Assembly: GCA_051880315.1 (NCBI GenBank)
Contig: JBJENR010000033.1
Location: forward strand, 3,312 to 67,311
DNA: 64,000 nucleotides
DNA from: Acetatifactor sp.
GTDB taxonomy: Bacteria; Bacillota; Clostridia; Lachnospirales; Lachnospiraceae
Direction of reading: 5' to 3'
The notes beneath the pieces were generated by a model, which saw only the letters and a program-made list of their open reading frames with translations, ran no database searches and was not told the origin of the DNA. Position numbers and translations under genes: made by a program. Below are positions 56,873 to 64,000 of this stretch, piece after piece (the first letter of the stretch is position 1; each line of letters opens with the position of its first letter).

Positions 56873-58210
56873 ATGAAATCCAAAAACACCCATCCCTTGA
56901 TTACCGGCACAATCATACTGACCCTGACAGGTATCCTAAGTCGTATCATTGGCTTTTTTTACAGAATCTATCTCTCCCGTATGTTCGGCGAGGAGGGCAT
57001 GGGACTCTATCAGCTTCTGAGTCCTGTACTCTCAATCTCCTTCTCTCTCACCGCTGCAGGTTACCAGACTGCAATCTCAAAATTGGTGGCAGAACAGACC
57101 GCTACTTCCTCCAGGCCCTCTCTTCGCCCGATGTTTGCCGGTCTCAGTATTTCCATGCCTCTGTCCCTGCTCTGTAACGCAATTATATATTTTTATGCCG
57201 ATTCCATTGCAGCCGTACTTCTGGGCGACCCAAGAACCGCAGATATGCTACGCATTCTTTCCTTTTCCATTCCCTTAGGTGCCGTCCATTCCTGCGTCAA
57301 TGGTTATTTCTACGGCACCAAAAAAGCGGGCATTCCCTCAGCCTCACAGCTCATTGAACAGTGTACCCGAGTCGGCTGCGTATGGCTGGTCTCTTCATAC
57401 TGTCTGAGGCTTGGTAAGACCCCCTCCGTCACCGTGGCGGCTCTTGGACTCACTATCGGCGAATTGTTCTCAATGTTTTTTTCCTTTGCTGCCGTTAGAC
57501 ATTGTATGCGCTGCAATCACCTAAAACGTGATGGAGCAGGTAACGAAAGAACCTATCACGGTCTCCTGTCCATGGCACTTCCTCTGACCGCAAACAGAAT
57601 AGTCTTGAATCTTCTGCAAAGCATAGAAACCGTGTCCATTCCGTCAAAGCTCCAGCAATACGGATACGACAATGCTACAGCACTGAGTGTATACGGCGTT
57701 CTCACCGGGATGGCGATGCCCTTTATCTTCTTTCCCAATGCACTCACCAGTTCCGTGGCTGTACTGTTGCTCCCCGTCATCTCCGAGAATTATGCTCTGC
57801 ACAATATGGACGCTGTGAAAAAAGCCACCGCAAAGACCATACGTTATTGCGGCATCATGGGTTTACTGTGCATGGCCGGTTTCGTTATTCTGGGCAACCG
57901 GATCGGCACCATCCTGTTTCACAGTCCTCTGGCAGGATATTTCATCACTACCTTGGGCTTCATCTGTCCTTTCCTCTATCTTGACACTACACTCTCCGGC
58001 ATCCTGCAGGGACTTGGAAAGGTAGGGCATATTTTTGCCATGAATGTCTTCAGCCTTCTGATACGCCTTGGTTTCGTCCTGTTCCTTGTTCCTCTGAAGG
58101 GCATACAGGGCTACCTCTGGGGGCTGCTTGCAAGCCAGCTGATGCAGTGCCTACTCTATCTGCTCTGTCTGCGCAGCATTCTCTCCGAAAAAGAACAAAA
58201 TCCGTCATAA
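56873..58210 (+). CDS. SpoVB-like MOP-superfamily flippase (polysaccharide biosynthesis protein)
   Basis: LSRIIGFFYRIYLSRMFGEEGMGLYQL, SQLIEQ, YGVLTGMAMP; polytopic. Confidence 0.85.
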   Translation: MKSKNTHPLITGTIILTLTGILSRIIGFFYRIYLSRMFGEEGMGLYQLLSPVLSISFSLTAAGYQTAISKLVAEQTATSSRPSLRPMFAGLSISMPLSLLCNAIIYFYADSIAAVLLGDPRTADMLRILSFSIPLGAVHSCVNGYFYGTKKAGIPSASQLIEQCTRVGCVWLVSSYCLRLGKTPSVTVAALGLTIGELFSMFFSFAAVRHCMRCNHLKRDGAGNERTYHGLLSMALPLTANRIVLNLLQSIETVSIPSKLQQYGYDNATALSVYGVLTGMAMPFIFFPNALTSSVAVLLLPVISENYALHNMDAVKKATAKTIRYCGIMGLLCMAGFVILGNRIGTILFHSPLAGYFITTLGFICPFLYLDTTLSGILQGLGKVGHIFAMNVFSLLIRLGFVLFLVPLKGIQGYLWGLLASQLMQCLLYLLCLRSILSEKEQNPS

Positions 58211-58241
58211 GACAAAATTCCGGAAAGGACTGAAATAAACA

Positions 58242-58271
58242 GAGCAGGAGTTCCCGATGAATCTCCTGCTC
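58242..58271. terminator. Hairpin between convergent genes
   Basis: GAGCAGGAG...CTCCTGCTC. Confidence 0.55.
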
Positions 58272-58287
58272 AGCCCTAATCTTTTTA

Positions 58288-58674
58288 TCAGAATTTGCGA
58301 ATTACGACACCGTCCTCGCTTTCAGCCTGTATATTCCGGGAATTTCCCACAAAATACTGGTATTGCTGCAAAACCTTATCCTTCTTCATATCGTCAATCG
58401 CCTTCTCCACATCCAGAGATCTGATGTCCTTGTTCTGCCCGATATATCCGAAATCGTCTTGCTTATTGAATACAACAGAAATATCTTCCAGCGGCGCATC
58501 CTTTCGTCGGGGTCTGATATCTTCGGGAGTCTCATGGGTAACTGCTGCCGGCATATCCTGCGTGGCTGCAATACGATTCTGCTCCCGCACTTCTTCAATA
58601 CTGACCTTAGGAATGACAGGAACCTGATAATTCTGCAAAAAAGAAGCATAATCACTATTTTTACCTATACCCAT
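58288..58674 (-). CDS. Hypothetical protein
   Basis: GGAGG RBS; AIDDMKKDKVLQQYQYFVG segment; no family recognised. Confidence 0.65.
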   Translation of the reverse strand: MGIGKNSDYASFLQNYQVPVIPKVSIEEVREQNRIAATQDMPAAVTHETPEDIRPRRKDAPLEDISVVFNKQDDFGYIGQNKDIRSLDVEKAIDDMKKDKVLQQYQYFVGNSRNIQAESEDGVVIRKF

Positions 58675-58751
58675 GTACTCACCTCCTTCGCAGCTTTGTC
58701 CTTACGAACCTCTCTGTTAAGTATATCGATGAATTCTCCAAAAAATTAAGC

Positions 58752-59201
58752 CTAACTAAGCACTTTTTTTAATTCATCCATAAATGTATTCACATCCTTA
58801 AACTCTCTGTACACAGATGCAAAACGTACATATGCTACGGGGTCCAGATCCTTCAGCTTATTCATCAGCAGTTCCCCGATGACCTGACTGGAAATTTCTT
58901 TGTCCTCCATATTGCTAATCTCGTTTTCCACCTCATCAACAAGGCCGGTAATCTGCTGGGCACTTACCGGGCGCTTATGACAGGCACGGAGAACCCCGGC
59001 CTCAATCTTTGAACGGTCATAGGCTTCTCTGTTATTGTCCTTCTTGATGATAATCAGCGGAATGGTCTCCACCTTTTCATAAGTTGTGAACCGCTTACCA
59101 CACTCGTCACAGACACGACGTCGTCTGATGGAATTGTTCTCCTCCGCCGGCCTGGAATCAATAACCCTGGTATTTTCATGATTACAAAAAGGACACTTCA
59201 T
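58752..59201 (-). CDS. nrdR: Transcriptional repressor NrdR
   Basis: MKCPFC...TRVIDSR...IRRRRVCDECGKRFTTYE; ATP cone; VAYVRFASVYREF. Confidence 0.97.
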   Translation of the reverse strand: MKCPFCNHENTRVIDSRPAEENNSIRRRRVCDECGKRFTTYEKVETIPLIIIKKDNNREAYDRSKIEAGVLRACHKRPVSAQQITGLVDEVENEISNMEDKEISSQVIGELLMNKLKDLDPVAYVRFASVYREFKDVNTFMDELKKVLS

Positions 59202-59267
59202 AAGTTGCCTCCTCATTTGCGATAATTCAATAAATATACAGAATATTACATCATAAATTTAGCATAT

Positions 59268-59501
59268 TTAGCAGGGAATGTCAACCAAAATGATATCCGG
59301 ACCTATCTGACAAATATTCTTAAAGGGTATGACAATATTGGGCTCACAATTTAAAAAGCTCAGAAACTTATTGTTCCCCGGAACCATAATCTTACAGATA
59401 CACCCGCTGCACTGATCAAACTCCAAATCACACACTCTGCCAAGCTTTTTACAGTTCTTTACATTGATGACATCCTTGCATTTCAATTCAGAAAACAGCA
59501 T
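59268..59501 (-). CDS. ylmC: YlmC/YmxH family PRC-barrel sporulation protein
   Basis: SELKCKDVINVKNCKKLG.V.DLEFD...IPFKNI.QIGPDIILVD. Confidence 0.88.
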   Translation of the reverse strand: MLFSELKCKDVINVKNCKKLGRVCDLEFDQCSGCICKIMVPGNNKFLSFLNCEPNIVIPFKNICQIGPDIILVDIPC

Positions 59502-59545
59502 TTTTTTACTCTTTCATTTTTGCTAAATAATATGCTTTCCCCATC

Positions 59546-59575
59546 GCATACAGAACTCAAAATCTGAGCATACTA
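59546..59575 (+). promoter_or_regulatory. Forespore-type (sigma-G consensus) promoter of sigG
   Basis: GCATA-18 nt-CATACTA matches GNATR-N18-CATNNTA. Confidence 0.75.
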
Positions 59576-59603
59576 CCACTATCTCAAAAAGGAGGAGCTA
59601 ATC

Positions 59604-60383
59604 ATGGCACAGGGAAAAGTAGAAATCTGCGGAGTAAATACATCAAAACTTCCACTTCTGAAATCAGAGGAAAAAGAGGCACTGTTTCAGCAAATTGAAT
59701 CCGGCGACGCAAAGGCAAGAGAAACCTATATCGAAGGTAATCTGCGCCTCGTCTTAAGTGTCATCAAACGCTTCTCTTCCAGCAGTGAAAATGTGGATGA
59801 CCTTTTCCAGATTGGATGTATCGGTCTGATCAAAGCCATCGATAATTTTGATTCTTCTCTCAATGTAAAATTTTCCACCTACGCCGTACCCATGATTATC
59901 GGTGAAATCCGCAGATTCTTAAGGGATAACAGCAGTCTCAGAGTATCCCGTTCCCTGAAAGATACCGCCTACAAGGCAATCTATGCCAAGGAAGCTCTGA
60001 TCAAAAAGAATCTCAAGGAGCCCACTGTGGAAGAAATAGCCTCAGAGATAGGTGTCGCCAAGGAGGACATCGCTTATGCCCTGGATGCCATTCAGAATCC
60101 CATGAGCCTTTATGAGCCGATTTTTACGGACGGCGGGGACACCCTTTATGTCATGGACCAGATCAGCGACAAAAAAAATAAGGAAGAGACCTGGGTGGAG
60201 CATCTCTCCCTTAGTGAAGCCATGAAAAAATTAAATACCAGAGAACACGAAATTATCTCCCTGCGTTTCTTTGAGGGAAAAACCCAGATGGAGGTAGCCG
60301 ACCTGATTGGCATCTCCCAGGCCCAGGTCTCAAGGCTGGAAAAAAACGCCCTGCGAACCATGCGGACCTATCTGACGGCTTAA
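59604..60383 (+). CDS. sigG: RNA polymerase sporulation sigma factor SigG
   Basis: MAQGKVEICGVNTSKLPLL; GNLRLVLSVIKRF; DDLFQIGCIGLIKAIDNFD; GKTQMEVA..IGISQAQVSRLEK. Confidence 0.97.
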   Translation: MAQGKVEICGVNTSKLPLLKSEEKEALFQQIESGDAKARETYIEGNLRLVLSVIKRFSSSSENVDDLFQIGCIGLIKAIDNFDSSLNVKFSTYAVPMIIGEIRRFLRDNSSLRVSRSLKDTAYKAIYAKEALIKKNLKEPTVEEIASEIGVAKEDIAYALDAIQNPMSLYEPIFTDGGDTLYVMDQISDKKNKEETWVEHLSLSEAMKKLNTREHEIISLRFFEGKTQMEVADLIGISQAQVSRLEKNALRTMRTYLTA

Positions 60384-60440
60384 TCAGTCTTTCCCTTCAT
60401 CGCCGGAAGCAATGTCCCACTGTTTCCTTGTGCCCACAAT

Positions 60441-61169
60441 TTACTGCATACAATAAATTTCAATTGCTTGTGAAGAGAACTCTGCTGTTCCGGTTCCACC
60501 AACCCTGTCAATGTTTTCTGTAAATTCTCCGCCACCGGAATACATTTTTCCAAGACAGCTGAGTATCTCTTTGGTGCAATTGTAAAAATGCTCCGAGATA
60601 TAATCCTGCAGTTTCCTTACCTGAAGCTGCACCTTCTCGTCTCCGGGATTCATGGACATCATCTGTCCGAACTCTGCAAAAATCTGCATAAAATCCTGCA
60701 TCATTCCCTGCTGGTCTTCGTCAGTCCAATTCCTTGCTTTTGCTTCAAATTCCCTGTACTCCGGCGTCTGCCCCCACTGCTCTTTGGCTCTTTGGGAATA
60801 CTCATCAATTTTCCTAGTGTCAAATACCGTAAAATCCATTTTTTTCACTCCTAACCATTTTATTCCAAGAGCGAAATTAATCAGATTCTCAAGATGCTCC
60901 TTTTTCATGGTCAAAAGCTCTATCTGTTGTTCTAAAGCCTTATTCCTGTCAAAATTTGGTGCATCGATAATCGCTTTAATTTCCTTTAACGGAAATTCCA
61001 ACTCCTTGAACAGTAAAATCTGCTGCAGCCTTTCCAGAGCTGTATCGTCATACAGTCTGTAGCCCGACTCCGAATATTTACTTGGGGGTAAGAGTCCTAT
61101 GGTATCGTAATATTGAAGAGCGCGTATACTCACTCCTGTTAGTTTACTTACCTCATTTACTGTCATCAT
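60441..61169 (-). CDS. MerR family regulator with TipAS-type effector domain (Mta-like)
   Basis: MMTVNEVSKLTGVSIRALQYYD..GLL.P...GYRLY; YxEEAxxRWG-like and LG.MY...F...ID...G.A.F segments; start refined to 61169. Confidence 0.9.
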   Translation of the reverse strand: MMTVNEVSKLTGVSIRALQYYDTIGLLPPSKYSESGYRLYDDTALERLQQILLFKELEFPLKEIKAIIDAPNFDRNKALEQQIELLTMKKEHLENLINFALGIKWLGVKKMDFTVFDTRKIDEYSQRAKEQWGQTPEYREFEAKARNWTDEDQQGMMQDFMQIFAEFGQMMSMNPGDEKVQLQVRKLQDYISEHFYNCTKEILSCLGKMYSGGGEFTENIDRVGGTGTAEFSSQAIEIYCMQ

Positions 61170-61195
61170 TGGCTTTTCCTCCTCTCGATAAACAT

Positions 61196-61226
61196 ATTTT
61201 AAACTATTACGCAACGTAGGAGTCAA
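61196..61226 (-). promoter_or_regulatory. MerR-type autoregulated promoter/operator
   Basis: TTGACT-19 nt-TAAAAT; the long spacer contains the dyad TACG-TTG-CGTA, resembling Mta/TipA boxes. Confidence 0.8.
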
Positions 61227-61256
61227 TACCTTCATTATTTCTTTTTCAATATTCTC

Positions 61257-61308
61257 TTGACGAAATCATTCCTTTATTGTAAACTCATTTGTGTTTACGG
61301 TTAACATT
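61257..61308 (+). promoter_or_regulatory. bioB promoter overlapped by a BirA operator
   Basis: TTGACG-17 nt-TAAACT; ATTGTAAAC-15 nt-GTTAACATT (61276-61308) fits the Firmicute BirA box TGTtAAC-N14/15-GTTaACA. Confidence 0.85.
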
Positions 61309-61324
61309 CGGATTGGAGAGAACA

Positions 61325-62299
61325 ATGAAACAGCTTGCAGACGAAATCATTCATGGTCGACGCTTAAGTGCAAAGGACGACTTATCCGTGCTCTTAAGCG
61401 CAGACCTTTCCGCACTTTGCGAAGGTGCGGATTCCATACGAAAAAGCCTTTGCGGCAATCGTATTGACCTGTGCAGTATCATCAACGGACGTGCCGGAAA
61501 ATGCAGTGAAAACTGCCGTTTCTGCGCCCAGTCATCCCATCATCATACCTCCTGCGAGGAACATGGGTTTCTTGAAACCAAAAGATTTGTAGAAGACTGT
61601 CGCCGCATGTACCGGCAGGGTGTGGACCGGTACTCTATTGTCACAGCAGGCCGCTCCCTGGAGGGAGCGGATTTCGACAAGGCTCTGGATGCTTATGCTG
61701 CGATGCACAGGGAATTTCCCGATATGATTCTTTGTGCCTCCCACGGACTTATGAAAGCAGGGGATTTGAAAAGGCTGACAGAGGCCGGTGTCACAATGTA
61801 CCATGCCAACATCGAAACCTCCGAAAACTTTTTCCCCAATATCTGTACTACCCACAGTTTTGCGGATAAAATAACTGAGATTCGTCTTGCCACGGAAGCC
61901 GGCCTGACGGTCTGCTGCGGAGGTATCTTAGGTATGGGGGAAAGCTGGCAGGATCGTCTTGATATGGCACTGACACTGGCTGAATTGAAAATTACTTCCA
62001 TCCCATTAAATTTTCTGATTCCCATTCAGGGCACACCGCTGGGTGACCGTCCAAAGCTTACCCCGGAAGAAATCCTCCGGAGCGTTGCTGTTTTCCGTTA
62101 CATAAACCCCACTGCCTTTATTCGGATTGCAGCCGGTCGCTGCTATTTTGAAGATGGAGGCAGAGACTTGTTTCAGTCCGGTGCCAACGCAACCCTGACC
62201 GGCGATATGCTTACAACTGTCGGCAATCATACCCGGCAGGACCGCGAGATGCTCACAGATATGGGATTTGAATTAAAAAAAGTACCGCAGAAAGGATAA
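61325..62299 (+). CDS. bioB: Biotin synthase
   Basis: CSENCRFCAQS radical-SAM motif; YHANIET; VCCGGILGMGE; IPLNFLIP; GANATLTGDMLTT; start refined to ATG 61325. Confidence 0.95.
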   Translation: MKQLADEIIHGRRLSAKDDLSVLLSADLSALCEGADSIRKSLCGNRIDLCSIINGRAGKCSENCRFCAQSSHHHTSCEEHGFLETKRFVEDCRRMYRQGVDRYSIVTAGRSLEGADFDKALDAYAAMHREFPDMILCASHGLMKAGDLKRLTEAGVTMYHANIETSENFFPNICTTHSFADKITEIRLATEAGLTVCCGGILGMGESWQDRLDMALTLAELKITSIPLNFLIPIQGTPLGDRPKLTPEEILRSVAVFRYINPTAFIRIAAGRCYFEDGGRDLFQSGANATLTGDMLTTVGNHTRQDREMLTDMGFELKKVPQKG

Positions 62300-62304
62300 A
62301 CATC

Positions 62305-62853
62305 ATGAATACAAAAAACACGACAAAAAACTTAGTATTGATTGCCCTGATGGCTGCCATTATCTGTATTTTAGGACCGCTGTCCATCCCTCTTCCGGGG
62401 GGGCTTGTCCCCATTTCCCTGACCAATCTTGCCATTTACTTCACCCTTTACATCATTGGAATGAAGCGCGGAACTGTCAGCTATCTGGTTTATCTTTTCA
62501 TCGGTCTTGTGGGCTTACCCGTATTTTCAGGCTTCAGCGGAGGCGCCGGCAAATTCTTCGGTCCAACCGGAGGCTACCTGATCGGATTCATTTTTCTTGC
62601 AGTTATTGCCGGGCTCTTTATCGACAAATGGCCGGACAATTTATTTCTTTGTATTCTGGGAATGATCCTGGGTACCGCCGTATGCTATGTATTCGGTACT
62701 GCATGGCTTGCCTACCAGGCGGGATATAGTTTTCGTGTTGCACTGGCAGCCGGAGTTATCCCCTTCCTTCCCGGCGACACCATCAAAATACTTCTTGCGG
62801 CATTCCTTGGTCCACAGATCAGGAAACGCATCAAAAAGGCCGGGCTTGTGTAG
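62305..62853 (+). CDS. bioY: Biotin ECF S-component BioY
   Basis: VPISLTNL, GLVGLPVFSG, GPTGGYLIGF, FLPGD.IK. Confidence 0.95.
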   Translation: MNTKNTTKNLVLIALMAAIICILGPLSIPLPGGLVPISLTNLAIYFTLYIIGMKRGTVSYLVYLFIGLVGLPVFSGFSGGAGKFFGPTGGYLIGFIFLAVIAGLFIDKWPDNLFLCILGMILGTAVCYVFGTAWLAYQAGYSFRVALAAGVIPFLPGDTIKILLAAFLGPQIRKRIKKAGLV

Positions 62854-62864
62854 CTTTGGCCTAT

Positions 62865-63914
62865 CTATGCCTTGACAGCATACCTCAATTTTGTGGATTT
62901 TGCCCTTGGATTCCTACGGCATTCCTCCTCTGAGGGCCGCATCACCTCTTCGGCAATCCGGGAATAGACCCCCTGCCGCTTTAACTCCTTGAAAGATTTT
63001 TTCACCAGTCGGTCCTCACCGGAGTGAAAGGTCAGAATTGCCACCCTGGCACCGGTATTCAGGATTCCCGGCAGCTTTTCCAAAAAGCTGTAAAGCACCT
63101 CAAACTCGCTGTTTACTTCAATGCGCAGCGCCTGAAATACCCGTGCACAGGTTTTTTTGACTGTTTCCTTCCTCTCCTTCTCCGGAATGGCTTTCAAGGC
63201 CTCCTCAATGGCATTTTTTAGATCCGTCGTGGTCTTTATAGGCTGCCCCTTGTACCTGCGTTTTGTTACAACCCTGGCTATCTCCTCCGCATAGGGTTCA
63301 TCCGAATTCTCAATCATGATACCGATAAAATCACTTTCTGACAGTTCCGCCAGCCTCTCAGCCGCACTGACACCATGTTCCGGGTCAAGGCGCAAATCCA
63401 ACGGCGCATCCACCTTATAGGAAAAGCCTCTGTCCGGATTATCAATCTGCATAGAAGAAACACCAAGGTCAGCCAGCACAAAATCAAATCTTCCGACTTC
63501 CCCGGCAAGCAAATCAATATCAGCGAAATTCATCTGCTTTACGGTCAGGATTTTCTCATCAAAGCCCTGTTCCGCCAGCCTCTCTTTCGTCTTTTTGATT
63601 TCAATGGGGTCCACATCCAACGCATAGATATGCCCTCTTCCCTCCAGCTTCCCGAGCATGGCCCTGGTATGACCTCCATAGCCCAAAGTGGCATCCAGCC
63701 CCTGTTCTCCGGGTTTTATCCTGAGCACGTCCAGTATTTCATCCACCATGATTGGGATGTGCATACCGGCAGGAGTACTTCCCTTTTTGATAACCTTTTC
63801 AATGGTATCTGCATACTTCTCCGGCTGTGCCTCTTTGTATTTTTCGTGAAAGCTTCTGGGGTGTGTCCCTTTGTAACGGACTCTTCGCTTATGACCGGTA
63901 TCTTGATTTTCCAT
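62865..63914 (-). CDS. rsmH: RsmH/MraW-family 16S rRNA C1402 methyltransferase, outside dcw context
   Basis: HIPIM, DATLGYGGH, DLGVSSMQID..RGFS, FQALRIEVN, TFHSGEDRLVK, NPRAKS.KLR; extra N-terminal HKRRVRYKGTHP segment. Confidence 0.85.
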   Translation of the reverse strand: MENQDTGHKRRVRYKGTHPRSFHEKYKEAQPEKYADTIEKVIKKGSTPAGMHIPIMVDEILDVLRIKPGEQGLDATLGYGGHTRAMLGKLEGRGHIYALDVDPIEIKKTKERLAEQGFDEKILTVKQMNFADIDLLAGEVGRFDFVLADLGVSSMQIDNPDRGFSYKVDAPLDLRLDPEHGVSAAERLAELSESDFIGIMIENSDEPYAEEIARVVTKRRYKGQPIKTTTDLKNAIEEALKAIPEKERKETVKKTCARVFQALRIEVNSEFEVLYSFLEKLPGILNTGARVAILTFHSGEDRLVKKSFKELKRQGVYSRIAEEVMRPSEEECRRNPRAKSTKLRYAVKA

Positions 63915-64000
63915 TTTCTGGTCTCCTGGCTAATTTTTTTTGATTCAACGATTGCGTATCGAAAGCCTGCGCAAAAGGAAAGTCTGCTTATGATGTACCG

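Noticed and set aside
1-64000. tRNA, rRNA, T-box, tmRNA or group I/II intron
   Set aside because: The intergenic gaps are short and none showed recognisable cloverleaf, T-box or intron signatures by eye; a tRNAscan/Infernal run would be decisive.

Overview
A 64 kb chromosomal segment from a spore-forming clostridial Firmicute; gene content and order suggest Lachnospiraceae (inference). Most genes are on the minus strand. The backbone is housekeeping and sporulation: pcrA (runs off the left edge), a HIS6-type hisA, dapA/dapB, ssb, typA, a phosphoketolase, the spoIIIAA-AH...asp23-nusB-xseA-xseB-ispA-dxs-tlyA-nadK-argR-recN-spoIVB block, prfC, deoB, iscS-mnmA, nrdR-ylmC, sigG, a MerR/Mta-type regulator, BirA-controlled bioB-bioY and an RsmH-family methyltransferase. 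I found no rRNA, tRNA, CRISPR array, transposase or integrase. The most unusual part is 23.8-27.8 kb, an AT-richer accessory patch downstream of spoIVB, where spo0A normally sits. It holds deletion-fused gene remnants and a stand-alone PD-(D/E)xK-like nuclease gene (26246-27022). That gene has clustered TTTGAC repeats upstream. Downstream it has a 61-bp two-motif tandem array with helically phased T-tracts, an exact 64-bp palindromic tandem repeat and a 21-bp-stem hairpin. Other oddities are an FRG-domain gene coupled inside a CUT1 ABC operon that is followed by a tandem-OB-like lipoprotein, a binding protein with both a lipobox and an LPxTA-like C-terminal anchor, a 1.17-kaa J-like/TPR protein (NPE instead of HPD, no Hsp70 partner) between recN and spoIVB, a bactofilin paired with a catalytically dead M23 protein, and sigG oriented head-to-head with ylmC-nrdR. 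All family assignments come from motif recognition by eye; no database search was run. Several starts were moved from the ORF track to a downstream codon with a ribosome-binding site (RBS).
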